From Flavobacterium sp. (GTDB lineage: Bacteria > Bacteroidota > Bacteroidia > Flavobacteriales > Flavobacteriaceae): a stretch of 64,000 bases of DNA. Below are positions 21,555-31,796 of the stretch, in pieces. The stretch's first letter is position 1. Each line of letters begins with the position of its first letter. Location: NCBI RefSeq assembly GCF_965262375.1, contig NZ_OZ253527.1, positions 1,644,706-1,708,705 of the forward strand, written 5' to 3'. The notes beneath the pieces are model-generated. The model did not search any database. It was not told where the DNA came from and was given only the letters and a program-made list of their open reading frames with translations. The translations under genes were made by a program, and so were the position numbers.

Positions 21555-22072
21555 TAGAGTTGATTTGACGATTTTGATTTAAAAAATGCAGACAAAATTA
21601 AGTTAAAAATAGCACTTATTAAAATCGAGAACAAACAAGTCTTAAATAAACTTGAAAAAGAGAAATTTAATGTTTCACCAATTTCTTTTAATTCTGCTTT
21701 TGATTTCCCCATTATTTTGTAGGATTCAATCATTTTATTGTTCATGAATTCATTTATTTCATTGCCTAAATCGATAGCTACAAAATTAAAAAATACATAA
21801 TTAAAGAGGGAGGATATAACAATACCTAGTGTTGAAGCTATAAATAGTGTTGTGAATACTTCCTTGAAAGTGATAGAATTTTTGAAGTCTTTTTTTGTTT
21901 TATTAGCGAGAAAAATTCGGATTACCCAGTATATGAATATTAGAGTAAAACCCAATATCATGTTTTTATAAAATGGAATATTTGTGATATAGGTTAGGAT
22001 TTGAAAAAAAATCGCAATACTTGCAATTATTAATCCATACTGAATCCCGTTCTTTTTAATAATTTCGTTCAT
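21554..22072 (-). CDS. DUF4199-like membrane protein
   Basis: Four TM helices; usual neighbour of this GT2 in Flavobacteria. Confidence 0.7.
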   Translation of the reverse strand: MNEIIKKNGIQYGLIIASIAIFFQILTYITNIPFYKNMILGFTLIFIYWVIRIFLANKTKKDFKNSITFKEVFTTLFIASTLGIVISSLFNYVFFNFVAIDLGNEINEFMNNKMIESYKIMGKSKAELKEIGETLNFSFSSLFKTCLFSILISAIFNLILSAFFKSKSSNQL

Positions 22073-22184
22073 GTTTTGTTGTTTTGATAAGGTTGTACAA
22101 ATATATTAATTTATTGTTTTGTAGGAGTTAGTGTTCGAAAAACTAAAAATGTTACAGAATAATTTGATTATTAAAAAATAGTTG

Positions 22185-22192
22185 TAAATTTG
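22185..22192 (+). promoter_or_regulatory. -7 box (TAAATTTG) upstream of rpmE
   Basis: TAnnTTTG match. Confidence 0.55.
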
Positions 22193-22298
22193 CACTCTGA
22201 ATTAAAATAATTTAAGAATAAAAGTTGTTGTAAGTCGATACCTTTTTATTGTAAAAAAGCATCAAGACCCAAGGCAACAAAACATAAAAAGATTTATT

Positions 22299-22550
22299 AT
22301 GAAAAAAGGAATTCACCCAGAAAATTACAGATTAGTAGCATTCAAAGATATGTCAAACGAAGACGTATTCATTACTAAATCTACTGTTGAAACTAAAGAA
22401 ACTATCATGCACGAAGGTGTAGAATACCCAGTATTCAAAATGGAGATTTCTCGTACTTCTCACCCTTTTTACACAGGTAAATCTAAATTGGTTGATACTG
22501 CAGGACGTATCGATAAATTCAAAACAAAATACGCTAAATTCAGCAAATAA
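22299..22550 (+). CDS. rpmE: 50S ribosomal protein L31 type B (Zn-independent)
   Basis: [11 protein letters not shown] and SHPFYTGK; no CxxC. Confidence 0.97.
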   Translation: MKKGIHPENYRLVAFKDMSNEDVFITKSTVETKETIMHEGVEYPVFKMEISRTSHPFYTGKSKLVDTAGRIDKFKTKYAKFSK

Positions 22551-22636
22551 TATTGTGAAAACAAAAATTAAAGCTTCGATTTTTTTCGAGGCTTTTTTTT
22601 TATACCTTTAGTTCCAAAATATAAAATTTCAATACA

Positions 22637-23137
22637 ATGGATTTAGGTTTTATTTTGGATGTAAGTAAGTCCGCTATCCCTTTGGTGTTAGCCACTTTGG
22701 CTTTATTTCAATACTTAAGTGCTAATTCTTTTAGAAAAACTCAATTTTTAAGCGAACTATGGAGAAGGTTTTATGATAATCCTAGTTTTGTAAAAATATT
22801 TGATGCTTTAGATAGAAAAGATATCAAATCATTTGAGAATATATCTTCAGAAGAAATTTATAAATATCTTGCCTTTCTTGAAGAAATCACTCTTTTTTCA
22901 AGAAATACACTTTTTGATTTTTATAAACTTAGAAACAAAGGATTGATTCATTTGTTTCAATACCATTTTTATAATATTTATTTTGACTCAGAAACTAAGA
23001 AAATGTTCTGGGCAAAAATTTTAAATTTAAATTTAGCGGAAGTTACTGATGCTAAAATTGAACAAGAAATCCAATCGCAATATTGGAGCAAGCAATACGA
23101 ATTTGCTTTGAAATGTAAAAAATCAATAGAAAAATAA
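22637..23137 (+). CDS. Hypothetical protein with N-terminal TM helix
   Basis: 166 aa open frame, very AT-rich; no family recognised with confidence. Confidence 0.6.
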   Translation: MDLGFILDVSKSAIPLVLATLALFQYLSANSFRKTQFLSELWRRFYDNPSFVKIFDALDRKDIKSFENISSEEIYKYLAFLEEITLFSRNTLFDFYKLRNKGLIHLFQYHFYNIYFDSETKKMFWAKILNLNLAEVTDAKIEQEIQSQYWSKQYEFALKCKKSIEK

Positions 23138-23139
23138 AA

Positions 23140-24312
23140 ATGAACTACATACTTTTTGACGGAAACGTTCGAAACGCTTTACTCCCTTTTACTTTTACAC
23201 GTCCAGTGGCTGATATTCGTGTTGGGATTTTAACCATTCGTGAAAAATGGGAAAAATATTTGGGGTATACCACCACCACCATCACAGAAGAATATCTTTC
23301 TGAAAAATATCCTATGGTGGAAATGGAAGAAAATGTAATGATTAACGCTTCTTTTTTGCCTAATGATGTCTTAGTCGAAATGATAAAATCTTTAGAAGAA
23401 AATCAAGCGATTTTCTATAAAGATGAAGTGGTGGCTTTTTACAGTACTGAAAATCAAGAAGTAGATTTTGATACTTTTGAAATTATTGAATGTCATGTAG
23501 ACTGTATTTGTATTGAGAATACTTGGGATATTTTTTCTAAAAATGACGTGGCCTTGCGTGAAGATTTTGAATTGATAACCGAAGGTAGAACGTCGCAACC
23601 TATTCCAAAATCAGTGAATGTGATTGCGCCCGAAAATATTTTTATTGAAGAAGGTGCTAGTTTGGAATTTGTAACGCTTAATGCTTCTACGGGGCCAATA
23701 TATATAGGTAAAAATGCCGAAATCATGGAAGGTTCTGTAATTCGTGGGCCTTTTGCGCTTTGTGAGAGTGGTCGTGTAAAGTTAGCTACTAAAGTTTATG
23801 GCGCAACTACCGTAGGACCGCATGCCGTAATTGGTGGAGAAGTGAATAACTCTGTTTTGTTTGGGTATTCAAACAAAGGGCACGATGGTTTCTTAGGGAA
23901 TTCAGTTTTAGGTGAATGGTGTAATATAGGTGCCGATAGTAATAATTCTAATTTGAAAAATAACTATGAAGAAGTAAAGCTTTGGAGTTACGAAACGGAA
24001 GGTTTTGCAAAAACAGGCTTGCAATTTTGTGGCTTAATGATGGGTGACCATAGTAAATGCGGTATCAATACGATGTTCAATACAGGGACGGTAGTAGGGG
24101 TTTCGGCTAATATTTTTGGTAGTGGTTTTCCTCGTAATTTTGTGCCTAGTTTTTCATGGGGTGGAGCTTCAGGTTTTACCACCTACATGACTTCTAAGGC
24201 TTTTCAAACGGCTAAAATTGTAATGGCAAGACGAAATGTAGAGTTTTCAGAGCAAGATGCTAAAATTTTAGAGCATGTTTTTGAAGAAACTAAAAAATAT
24301 AGAAAAGAGTAA
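23140..24312 (+). CDS. GlmU-family putative sugar nucleotidyltransferase
   Basis: LLPFTFTRPVADIRVGILTIREKW N-domain plus hexapeptide repeats. Confidence 0.88.
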   Translation: MNYILFDGNVRNALLPFTFTRPVADIRVGILTIREKWEKYLGYTTTTITEEYLSEKYPMVEMEENVMINASFLPNDVLVEMIKSLEENQAIFYKDEVVAFYSTENQEVDFDTFEIIECHVDCICIENTWDIFSKNDVALREDFELITEGRTSQPIPKSVNVIAPENIFIEEGASLEFVTLNASTGPIYIGKNAEIMEGSVIRGPFALCESGRVKLATKVYGATTVGPHAVIGGEVNNSVLFGYSNKGHDGFLGNSVLGEWCNIGADSNNSNLKNNYEEVKLWSYETEGFAKTGLQFCGLMMGDHSKCGINTMFNTGTVVGVSANIFGSGFPRNFVPSFSWGGASGFTTYMTSKAFQTAKIVMARRNVEFSEQDAKILEHVFEETKKYRKE

Positions 24313-24384
24313 TTAAAAATAAAACGTATTTAAAAACCGCGATTCTTGTAAATCGTGGTTTTTTTGGCTTTAAAACAAAAAGAA

Positions 24385-25782
24385 ATGTACAGAATAGAAA
24401 ACGATTTATTAGGAGATTTGCAAGTGCCTGTTGAGGCTTATTATGGGGTTCAAACCCAGCGTGCTATCGAAAATTTTCATATTTCAGGCGTGCGTTTGTA
24501 TCAGTTTCCTGAATTTATAAAAGGCTTGGCGTATGTAAAATGGGCGGCTGTGGAAACCAATTTTGAGTTGGGTTTACTCGATGAATCCTTAAAAAATGCA
24601 ATAGTACAGGCAGCTAAGGAAGTTATTGAAGGAAAATTTGATAAGGAATTTCCAGTAGATATGATTCAAGGTGGAGCGGGAACTTCTACCAATATGAATA
24701 TCAATGAAGTATTGGCTAATCGCGCGTTGGAAATCATGGGGCATCAAAAAGGGGAGTACCAATATTGTTCGCCTAACGACCATGTAAATTTGTCTCAATC
24801 GACCAATGATGCGTATCCAACAGCAATAAAAGTGGGCGCAATACATTCCAACATACATTTGATAGGGCATTTAAAAGATTTAATTGCTTCATTTCGAAGA
24901 AAAGGGGAGGAGTTTAAACATGTTTTAAAAATGGGGCGTACCCAGTTGCAAGATGCGGTGCCTATGACTTTAGGGCAGGAGTTTGAAGCTTTTGCAGCGA
25001 CTCTTGAAGAAGAAATTGACCGTTTGACGCAAAATTCCAATCTTTTTCTTGAAATTAACATGGGGGCAACCGCTATTGGTACAGGTTTAAATGCGCCTAT
25101 AGGCTATGCGAAGCGTTGCGCGGAAAATTTAGCCAAAGTAACCGGTTTGCCTTTTGTGTCAGCGCCTAACTTAATTGAAGCTACGCCAGATACGGGCTCT
25201 TATGTGATTTATTCTTCAGCATTGAAGCGCATGGCAATCAAAATGTCAAAAATTTGTAACGATTTACGTTTGTTATCTTCAGGGCCTCGTTGTGGTTTAA
25301 ATGAAATTAATTTGCCTCCTATGCAACCAGGTTCGTCTATCATGCCTGGAAAAGTGAATCCTGTGATTCCAGAAGTGATGAATCAGGTGTGTTTTCGAGT
25401 TATTGGAAATGATTTGACGGTTACTATGGCGGCCGAAGCTGGACAATTGCAATTGAATGTGATGGAACCAGTGTTGATTTACGCTATTTTGGAATCGATG
25501 CAATTGATGACCAATGCCATGGATACATTACGTGAAAAATGTATCGATGGAATTACAGCTAATGAAGCCCATTGCCGTGACATGGTGTTGCATAGCATTG
25601 GAATTGTAACGGCACTAAATCCTTATATTGGTTATAAAAACAGCACTAAAATTGCTAAAGAAGCTTTAGAAACGGGCAAAAGTGTCTATAATTTAGTGTT
25701 GGAACATAATATTTTATCCAAAGAACAATTAGACGATATTTTGAACCCAGAAAACATGTTGGCTCCTAAGGATTTTAATTAG
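24385..25782 (+). CDS. aspA: Aspartate ammonia-lyase
   Basis: [19 protein letters not shown] and [11 protein letters not shown] signature; start set at MYRIEND. Confidence 0.95.
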   Translation: MYRIENDLLGDLQVPVEAYYGVQTQRAIENFHISGVRLYQFPEFIKGLAYVKWAAVETNFELGLLDESLKNAIVQAAKEVIEGKFDKEFPVDMIQGGAGTSTNMNINEVLANRALEIMGHQKGEYQYCSPNDHVNLSQSTNDAYPTAIKVGAIHSNIHLIGHLKDLIASFRRKGEEFKHVLKMGRTQLQDAVPMTLGQEFEAFAATLEEEIDRLTQNSNLFLEINMGATAIGTGLNAPIGYAKRCAENLAKVTGLPFVSAPNLIEATPDTGSYVIYSSALKRMAIKMSKICNDLRLLSSGPRCGLNEINLPPMQPGSSIMPGKVNPVIPEVMNQVCFRVIGNDLTVTMAAEAGQLQLNVMEPVLIYAILESMQLMTNAMDTLREKCIDGITANEAHCRDMVLHSIGIVTALNPYIGYKNSTKIAKEALETGKSVYNLVLEHNILSKEQLDDILNPENMLAPKDFN

Positions 25783-26050
25783 ATTTTAGCTGTTTGCTAT
25801 TAAGGGATTATAAGTTTATAAGTTTATAAGTTTATTTGGGGCTTAATTCTCTTAATTTCTTAATGGTGAAATGATTTAAAAAGGATATTTTGATAATTAT
25901 CAAAGAATAGAAACTTTTTAAGTTGGTAAAATGGTCAATTTAAGATTTTGTGGTTTTAAAATAGGTGCAATTTGTTGTATTAAACCAAAAAATGTATCTA
26001 AATTTGCAACCTCAATTTTTGACAACGATTTCATTGATTGAGAATGACTT

Positions 26051-27379
26051 ATGGAAAACAAAAAGAAAGTAGCGTTTTATACGCTGGGATGTAAATTAAA
26101 CTTCTCTGAAACCTCTACTATTGCACGTAATTTTCAAGACGAAGGTTTTGAACGTGTTGATTTTGAAGAAGTAGCGGATATATATGTTATCAATACCTGT
26201 TCAGTTACGGATAATGCGGATAAACAATTCAAACAAATGGTGCGCAAAGCTTTGAAAGTAAATGATAAAGCTTTTGTGGCGGCAGTAGGTTGTTATGCGC
26301 AGTTGAAACCTGAAGAATTAGCTGCGGTGGACGGTGTCGATTTAGTACTTGGAGCTACCGAAAAATTTAAAATTACCGATTACATCAATGACTTGTCTAA
26401 AAATGAAATGGGCGAAGTGCATTCATGCGAAATTGAAGAAGCCGATTTTTATGTAGGAAGTTATTCTATAGGCGATCGTACTCGTGCTTTTTTGAAAGTA
26501 CAAGACGGTTGTGATTACAAATGTACCTATTGTACGATTCCTTTAGCACGAGGAATTTCTCGTAGTGACACGATGCAAAATGTAATGCAAAATGCCAAAG
26601 AAATTTCGCAAAAAGGCATCAAAGAAATCGTTTTGACTGGAGTCAATATTGGCGATTATGGAAAAGGGGAATTTGGTAACAAAAAACACGAACATACCTT
26701 TTTAGAATTAGTTCAAGCGTTAGATGAAGTTGAAGGAATAGAGCGTTTGCGTATTTCTTCCATTGAACCCAATCTGTTGAAAAACGAAACTATCGATTTC
26801 GTTTCACAAAGTAGAACTTTTGTGCCGCATTTTCATATTCCCCTACAATCAGGTTCAAATACGATATTGAAACGCATGAAACGTCGTTATTTGCGTGAGT
26901 TGTATGCGGATAGAGTGACTAAAATTCGCGAAGTAATGCCCCATGCCTGTATCGGTGTGGATGTAATTGTTGGTTTTCCAGGGGAAACGGATGAACTGTT
27001 TTTAGAAACCTATAATTTTTTAAGTGAATTAGATATCTCTTATTTACACGTATTCACGTATTCTGAAAGGGATAATACAGAAGCAGCTGCAATGGATGGC
27101 GTGGTTCCAGGTAATGTACGTGCAAAACGAAGCAAAATGTTACGTGGATTATCAGTTAAAAAACGCCGTGCTTTTTATGAAAGCCAGATAGGTACAGAAA
27201 GAACCGTACTTTTTGAAGGTGAAAACAAAGAAGGTTATATTCATGGATTTACAGAAAATTATGTAAAAGTAAAAACACCTTGGAATCCTGAATTAGTTAA
27301 TTCGTTGCATGAAGTAAGTTTGTCTAAAATTGATGAAGATGGTAGCGTGCGTGTGGAGTTTTTAGAAGTGACGAAATAA
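26051..27379 (+). CDS. mtaB: tRNA threonylcarbamoyladenosine methylthiotransferase
   Basis: TLGCKLNFSE, INTCSVT and radical SAM CDYKCTYC. Confidence 0.95.
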   Translation: MENKKKVAFYTLGCKLNFSETSTIARNFQDEGFERVDFEEVADIYVINTCSVTDNADKQFKQMVRKALKVNDKAFVAAVGCYAQLKPEELAAVDGVDLVLGATEKFKITDYINDLSKNEMGEVHSCEIEEADFYVGSYSIGDRTRAFLKVQDGCDYKCTYCTIPLARGISRSDTMQNVMQNAKEISQKGIKEIVLTGVNIGDYGKGEFGNKKHEHTFLELVQALDEVEGIERLRISSIEPNLLKNETIDFVSQSRTFVPHFHIPLQSGSNTILKRMKRRYLRELYADRVTKIREVMPHACIGVDVIVGFPGETDELFLETYNFLSELDISYLHVFTYSERDNTEAAAMDGVVPGNVRAKRSKMLRGLSVKKRRAFYESQIGTERTVLFEGENKEGYIHGFTENYVKVKTPWNPELVNSLHEVSLSKIDEDGSVRVEFLEVTK

Positions 27380-27455
27380 AATTTTTAAAATAAAATCATT
27401 AAAACTCAAATTCATTTTTTTGGATTTGAGTTTTTTTATTGAAAATTCTCCCACT

Positions 27456-27506
27456 CATCCATCACCCAACATCCATCACCCATCATCCATCACCCATCAT
27501 CCATCA
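27456..27506. repeat. 14-bp tandem repeat CATCCATCACCCAT x3.6
   Basis: Read directly; abuts the stop of ORF 27504-27839. Confidence 0.9.
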
Positions 27507-27839
27507 GTACTTATACAAAAAACGGATTTTGGTAATACGATAGACATTTGGTGCATATTGTTCAATAAATTCGAATTGGTGACGTCCTTTTTGTTCAAAA
27601 CCAATTAAATGGATGGCGCTAATTTCAAAATAGGTTTTCTTTCCTTCCAGCATAAATTTATTCCCCTCGTTTCTATACGCCGATTGGATTAATGTAAATT
27701 CTGATAAAAGCCAAGTGCTTTGTTGAGATACTGCATCTAAATGGGTGGTAATTCCAGAGGAGATTTCCGTTTTGGAACCATAATATTTAGCTATGGTTTC
27801 GAAGAATGCTAATGTCTCGTTTTTAAATGAAGCGTCCAT
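27504..27839 (-). CDS. Hypothetical protein
   Basis: 111 aa ORF filling the gap between mtaB and the hydrolase gene. Confidence 0.65.
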   Translation of the reverse strand: MDASFKNETLAFFETIAKYYGSKTEISSGITTHLDAVSQQSTWLLSEFTLIQSAYRNEGNKFMLEGKKTYFEISAIHLIGFEQKGRHQFEFIEQYAPNVYRITKIRFLYKY

Positions 27840-27994
27840 AAGGTTAAAGATAAGAAATACTTGCAGATAGGATGGTTGTTTAGTAAGTTTTTAAACGGGT
27901 TACGGTCTTAATAAATTGCTAAATTTAAGGGAGACTTTAGAGGTCCAATTATTTTTTTTTACTTTTATTGAAAATTTAATTTTTTACGAAAAGA

Positions 27995-28654
27995 ATGCCT
28001 AAATTACATGTTTATTTTATGCCAGGAATGGCAGCGAGTTCTACTATTTTTGAACGAATACAATTACCCGAGGATTTATTTGAGATGCATTTGTTGGAGT
28101 GGGTCATGCCATTACCTCAAGAGTCTTTAAAAGATTATGCTAAAAGAATGTCTGCAACTATAACCGAAGAAAATGTGGTGCTAGTAGGAGTATCTTTTGG
28201 TGGTGTTTTGGTACAAGAAATGGCGCAGTTTATTGCTCCCAAAAAAGTAATTATCATTTCCAGTATTAAGAGTAATGTGGAGTTGCCTACTCGAATGAAA
28301 ATTGCAAAAAAAACAAAGTTGTATAAGTTTTTGCCTACTGGCTTGGCTAAAAATGTAGAAACGTTAGCTAAGTATGTTTTCGGTAAAGGAATTGTGAAGC
28401 AGCGTATTGAATTATATAAAAAGTTCTTGACTCGTATCGAAAAAGAATATCTCGATTGGGCTATTGAGCAGATTGTGTGTTGGGATCGTGAAGAAGCAGA
28501 TGCAAGCGTAGTGCATATTCATGGCGATGCAGATGAGATGTTTCCTGTAAAGAATATTCAAAATTATATCAATATTAAAGGAGGAACACATATTATGATA
28601 TTGAGTAAGTATAAATGGTTAAATGAGAATTTGCCTCAAATAATTTTAGCTTAA
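27995..28654 (+). CDS. Alpha/beta hydrolase
   Basis: FMPGMAA, GVSFGG nucleophile elbow, HIHGDAD and GGTH. Confidence 0.88.
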   Translation: MPKLHVYFMPGMAASSTIFERIQLPEDLFEMHLLEWVMPLPQESLKDYAKRMSATITEENVVLVGVSFGGVLVQEMAQFIAPKKVIIISSIKSNVELPTRMKIAKKTKLYKFLPTGLAKNVETLAKYVFGKGIVKQRIELYKKFLTRIEKEYLDWAIEQIVCWDREEADASVVHIHGDADEMFPVKNIQNYINIKGGTHIMILSKYKWLNENLPQIILA

Positions 28655-28655
28655 A

Positions 28656-29498
28656 ATGAAATTTAAAATAGTTGCCGTAGTGCTTTTTGTTGTGGGTTTG
28701 ATGTTAATGAGTGTCAAACATCTCTGTGAGTTTCCTGAAAAAATGGATTTCTGTGGTGAGGAAGTGCCCTTGTATATAACTGATGTAAAAGAACGTTTGG
28801 ATAGAGAATTGGTGGTTAATCAAAACATGCATGGTTCTACAATTATGATATTGAAACGTGCTAATCGTTTCTTTCCAGTCATCGAGCCGATTTTGAAAGA
28901 AAAAAATGTTCCAGACGATTTTAAATATCTAGCAGTCATTGAAAGTTCATTGACTAATGCAACGTCATCGGCGGGGGCTAAAGGATTTTGGCAATTTATG
29001 CCACAAACGGCTCGTGAAAAAGGGATGGAAGTTAGTGAAATCGTTGATGAACGGTATCATTTAGAAAAAGCGACCTATGCAGCATGTGACTATTTGTTGA
29101 AAGCGAAAGAAAAATTTGGCTCTTGGACTTTGGCGGCTGCTTCTTATAATGGCGGTATGAATGGCATTCAGAAAGCCATTGACCAGCAATTAGTGACTAA
29201 TTATTACGATTTGTTGCTCACCGATGAAACCTTTCGCTATGTGTTTAGAATTTTAGCTTTGAAAGAAATCATGCAGAATACGGCGAAATATAATTTTAAT
29301 CTAAAAACGGAGGAGTTGTATCCAGTTGTAAAAACCCAAAAAATTGAGGTGGACAGTACGATTACTGATTTGGCACGATTTGCAAAAGCGCAAGGTGTGA
29401 ATTATAAAGAGTTGAAATTGTATAACCCTTGGTTGCGTGATACCAAATTGGATAATCCCTCAAAGAAAAAATATATTTTAGAGATACCCGTAAAATAA
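28656..29498 (+). CDS. Lytic transglycosylase (SLT domain)
   Basis: YLAVIESS, AKGFWQFM and AASYNGG motifs. Confidence 0.92.
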   Translation: MKFKIVAVVLFVVGLMLMSVKHLCEFPEKMDFCGEEVPLYITDVKERLDRELVVNQNMHGSTIMILKRANRFFPVIEPILKEKNVPDDFKYLAVIESSLTNATSSAGAKGFWQFMPQTAREKGMEVSEIVDERYHLEKATYAACDYLLKAKEKFGSWTLAAASYNGGMNGIQKAIDQQLVTNYYDLLLTDETFRYVFRILALKEIMQNTAKYNFNLKTEELYPVVKTQKIEVDSTITDLARFAKAQGVNYKELKLYNPWLRDTKLDNPSKKKYILEIPVK

Positions 29499-29504
29499 TA
29501 GAAA

Positions 29505-29873
29505 ATGAGTGTAGGAACAATTGTAGCTTTAATAATTACTGGTTTGTTGGCTGGTATGCTGAGTGGACTGGTAGGTGTAGGTGGTGGTATTATCATGGTA
29601 CCCATGATGGTGTTTGTGTTGGGGTTTTCGCAGCATCAGGCACAAGGAACAAGTTTAGCGGTATTGGTTGTTCCTGTTACTGCACTTGCTGTGATGAACT
29701 ATTATAAAGAAGGTTATATCAACTGGAAATATGCGGCGGTTATTGCGCTGTTTTTTGTTGTAGGTAGTTACTTTGGTAGTAAAATAGCAGTCAATATAGA
29801 TCAAAAAATGCTGAAAAAAGTTTTCAGCATTATATTGGTGGCTATTGGTACCAAAATGTTTTTTGATAAATAA
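29505..29873 (+). CDS. TauE/SafE-family membrane protein (half-size)
   Basis: GLVGVGGGIIMVP and AQGTSL motifs. Confidence 0.85.
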   Translation: MSVGTIVALIITGLLAGMLSGLVGVGGGIIMVPMMVFVLGFSQHQAQGTSLAVLVVPVTALAVMNYYKEGYINWKYAAVIALFFVVGSYFGSKIAVNIDQKMLKKVFSIILVAIGTKMFFDK

Positions 29874-29880
29874 TTACAAA

Positions 29881-30591
29881 TTAATTAGAATCAGATAGCT
29901 GATCGTTACCTAGGTTTTTGTTTATTAAAATAGTGTTTAATCCTTCTCTAAATGTGTTATAATTCATTGTTAAAGCTGTATTATAACTGCTGTTTAACTT
30001 TGGGTGTGCACCACCTCTTCTGATTTTAACGACATTTAAATTTTCATCCAGAAAGAATGAAGTAGGGAATCCTAACGAGTGTTTTAAATGCGCTACAATT
30101 GGAGCGTCATTTTGATACGATTCGTTAGCATAGCAAACTTCGATGTTGTGATTGAATTTGTTAGCGATTTTTTTGATATTCTTTCTTTTGTCCCAAAAAA
30201 GTAAGATGAATTGTACTTCTTTAGCGTGTTTTTGTGCTAACTTGTTTAAAGCTTGAAATTCTCCTTTGCTAGGAACACACCATGAAGCGTAAGTAAGAAT
30301 GAATATTGGCTTCTGAATAGCGCTCAGTTGAAGTTTTTTTCTTTCAAAAGTTTTAAGTGTATAATCTTCAAATTTAGTGCCTGCCAAATGGTAGTCAACC
30401 AAAGAATCAAATAATACTTGAGTTAGTTCAATATTATTTTTTTCAAAAGCTTGATTAACCTTAGTGTTGTATTTACCTAGATTGCTTCTTAAGGCATCGG
30501 CAAAAGAATTTGATTTTGGTTGTTCTTGATCTTGAGAAAAACCAGTCAATGCGATTAATAACGTAACAATGTATAGGTATATCTGTTTCAT
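29881..30591 (-). CDS. Secreted thioredoxin-fold (TlpA-like) protein
   Basis: Signal peptide, YASWCVPS (CxxS-like) and GFPTSFFLD. Confidence 0.75.
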   Translation of the reverse strand: MKQIYLYIVTLLIALTGFSQDQEQPKSNSFADALRSNLGKYNTKVNQAFEKNNIELTQVLFDSLVDYHLAGTKFEDYTLKTFERKKLQLSAIQKPIFILTYASWCVPSKGEFQALNKLAQKHAKEVQFILLFWDKRKNIKKIANKFNHNIEVCYANESYQNDAPIVAHLKHSLGFPTSFFLDENLNVVKIRRGGAHPKLNSSYNTALTMNYNTFREGLNTILINKNLGNDQLSDSN

Positions 30592-30741
30592 AATTAACTT
30601 TTATTTGTTGCGAAGTTAATATGCTCATTTTAAACCTTGTAAAAAAGTCGATAAAATGTTTTTTTACTCGATTATCTACATAAATATATTAAAAAAACCG
30701 CGCCAATGGTGCGGTTTTCGAGATTTTAACATTTACTGTAG

Positions 30742-31257
30742 TTAAATTCTTCTTAATTGCTCTTTCATCATCGCAATTTGATCTTTTAACATATTATGTT
30801 TGTCTAATTTCTTTGCTTCGTTTAAAAGGTTTGTTGCTTCTAGTTTTCTTCTTCTTGATAAGGCAATCCCTGCAAGGTTTAATTTAGCTAAAGCCAAATC
30901 CTGATCCATGGATAAGCCTAAGCTAATGGCTTTCTTGAAGAATTTCTCAGCTTGGTTTAAGTTAGTTTGTGAAACCATTAACCCATTTAAGTAGTTGTAA
31001 TACCCTTGTTGTTTTTGAATTAAAGCGGTTTCAGGGTTTTTGATTTTGTCTAACCACATTTTAGCGCCTGCAAAATCCTGATTTCTTAATTTTAAAAAGG
31101 CTAATAAAATATATTCGTTTTTGAAATAAAGTAAGATTGGAATAATCGTTAATAGTAACAAGAAGATTCCGTTTCCAATATTACTTTCTGTAAATTGCCA
31201 AATTGCAGTAACGAATAATAGACCTGCAAGAATTAATTTGATATTTCTGTGAAACAT
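30742..31257 (-). CDS. Membrane-anchored TPR-like protein (DUF2892-annotated family)
   Basis: Two TM helices then helical repeats; start set at MFHRNIK. Confidence 0.7.
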   Translation of the reverse strand: MFHRNIKLILAGLLFVTAIWQFTESNIGNGIFLLLLTIIPILLYFKNEYILLAFLKLRNQDFAGAKMWLDKIKNPETALIQKQQGYYNYLNGLMVSQTNLNQAEKFFKKAISLGLSMDQDLALAKLNLAGIALSRRRKLEATNLLNEAKKLDKHNMLKDQIAMMKEQLRRI

Positions 31258-31481
31258 AATTTTTTGTTTATTGCGTTGCAAATATAGAAAAGTTAAGCTA
31301 GATATAGAACATGTTTTATTTACTGATATATTTAATTTTTTGAGGAAGAAAAAAGAAATGAAAATTTGAAATTATTTTTACAAAGCTATTGCAGAAATAA
31401 AAAATGGTTGTATATTTGCACTCGGTTTTCAGAAAAGCCGAATAGTTAAGAAAAATATACAAGATTTAAAGATACCAAATT

Positions 31482-31643
31482 ATGAGTAAGAGAACATTTC
31501 AACCATCGAAAAGAAAAAGAAGAAATAAACACGGATTTATGGAAAGAATGGCTTCTGCAAACGGAAGAAAAGTTCTTGCTCGTCGTCGTGCTAAAGGAAG
31601 ACATAAATTAACTGTTTCTTGTGAACCAAGACATAAAAAATAA
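31482..31643 (+). CDS. rpmH: 50S ribosomal protein L34
   Basis: Translated by hand: [53 protein letters not shown]. Below the ORF-track cutoff; TATATTTG box at 31411-31418. Confidence 0.97.
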   Translation: MSKRTFQPSKRKRRNKHGFMERMASANGRKVLARRRAKGRHKLTVSCEPRHKK

Positions 31644-31796
31644 TGATTGGAAACAATCAGATACTAAGGCGTTACTTTTATTGGTAACGCCTTTTTTTTA
31701 AAGTCTCAAGTCTAAATTTTTAGTATTGAGCTGTATACATCGCCGAATGTTTACAAAGAATTACCAAAAATACAACAACACATACAACACAACACA

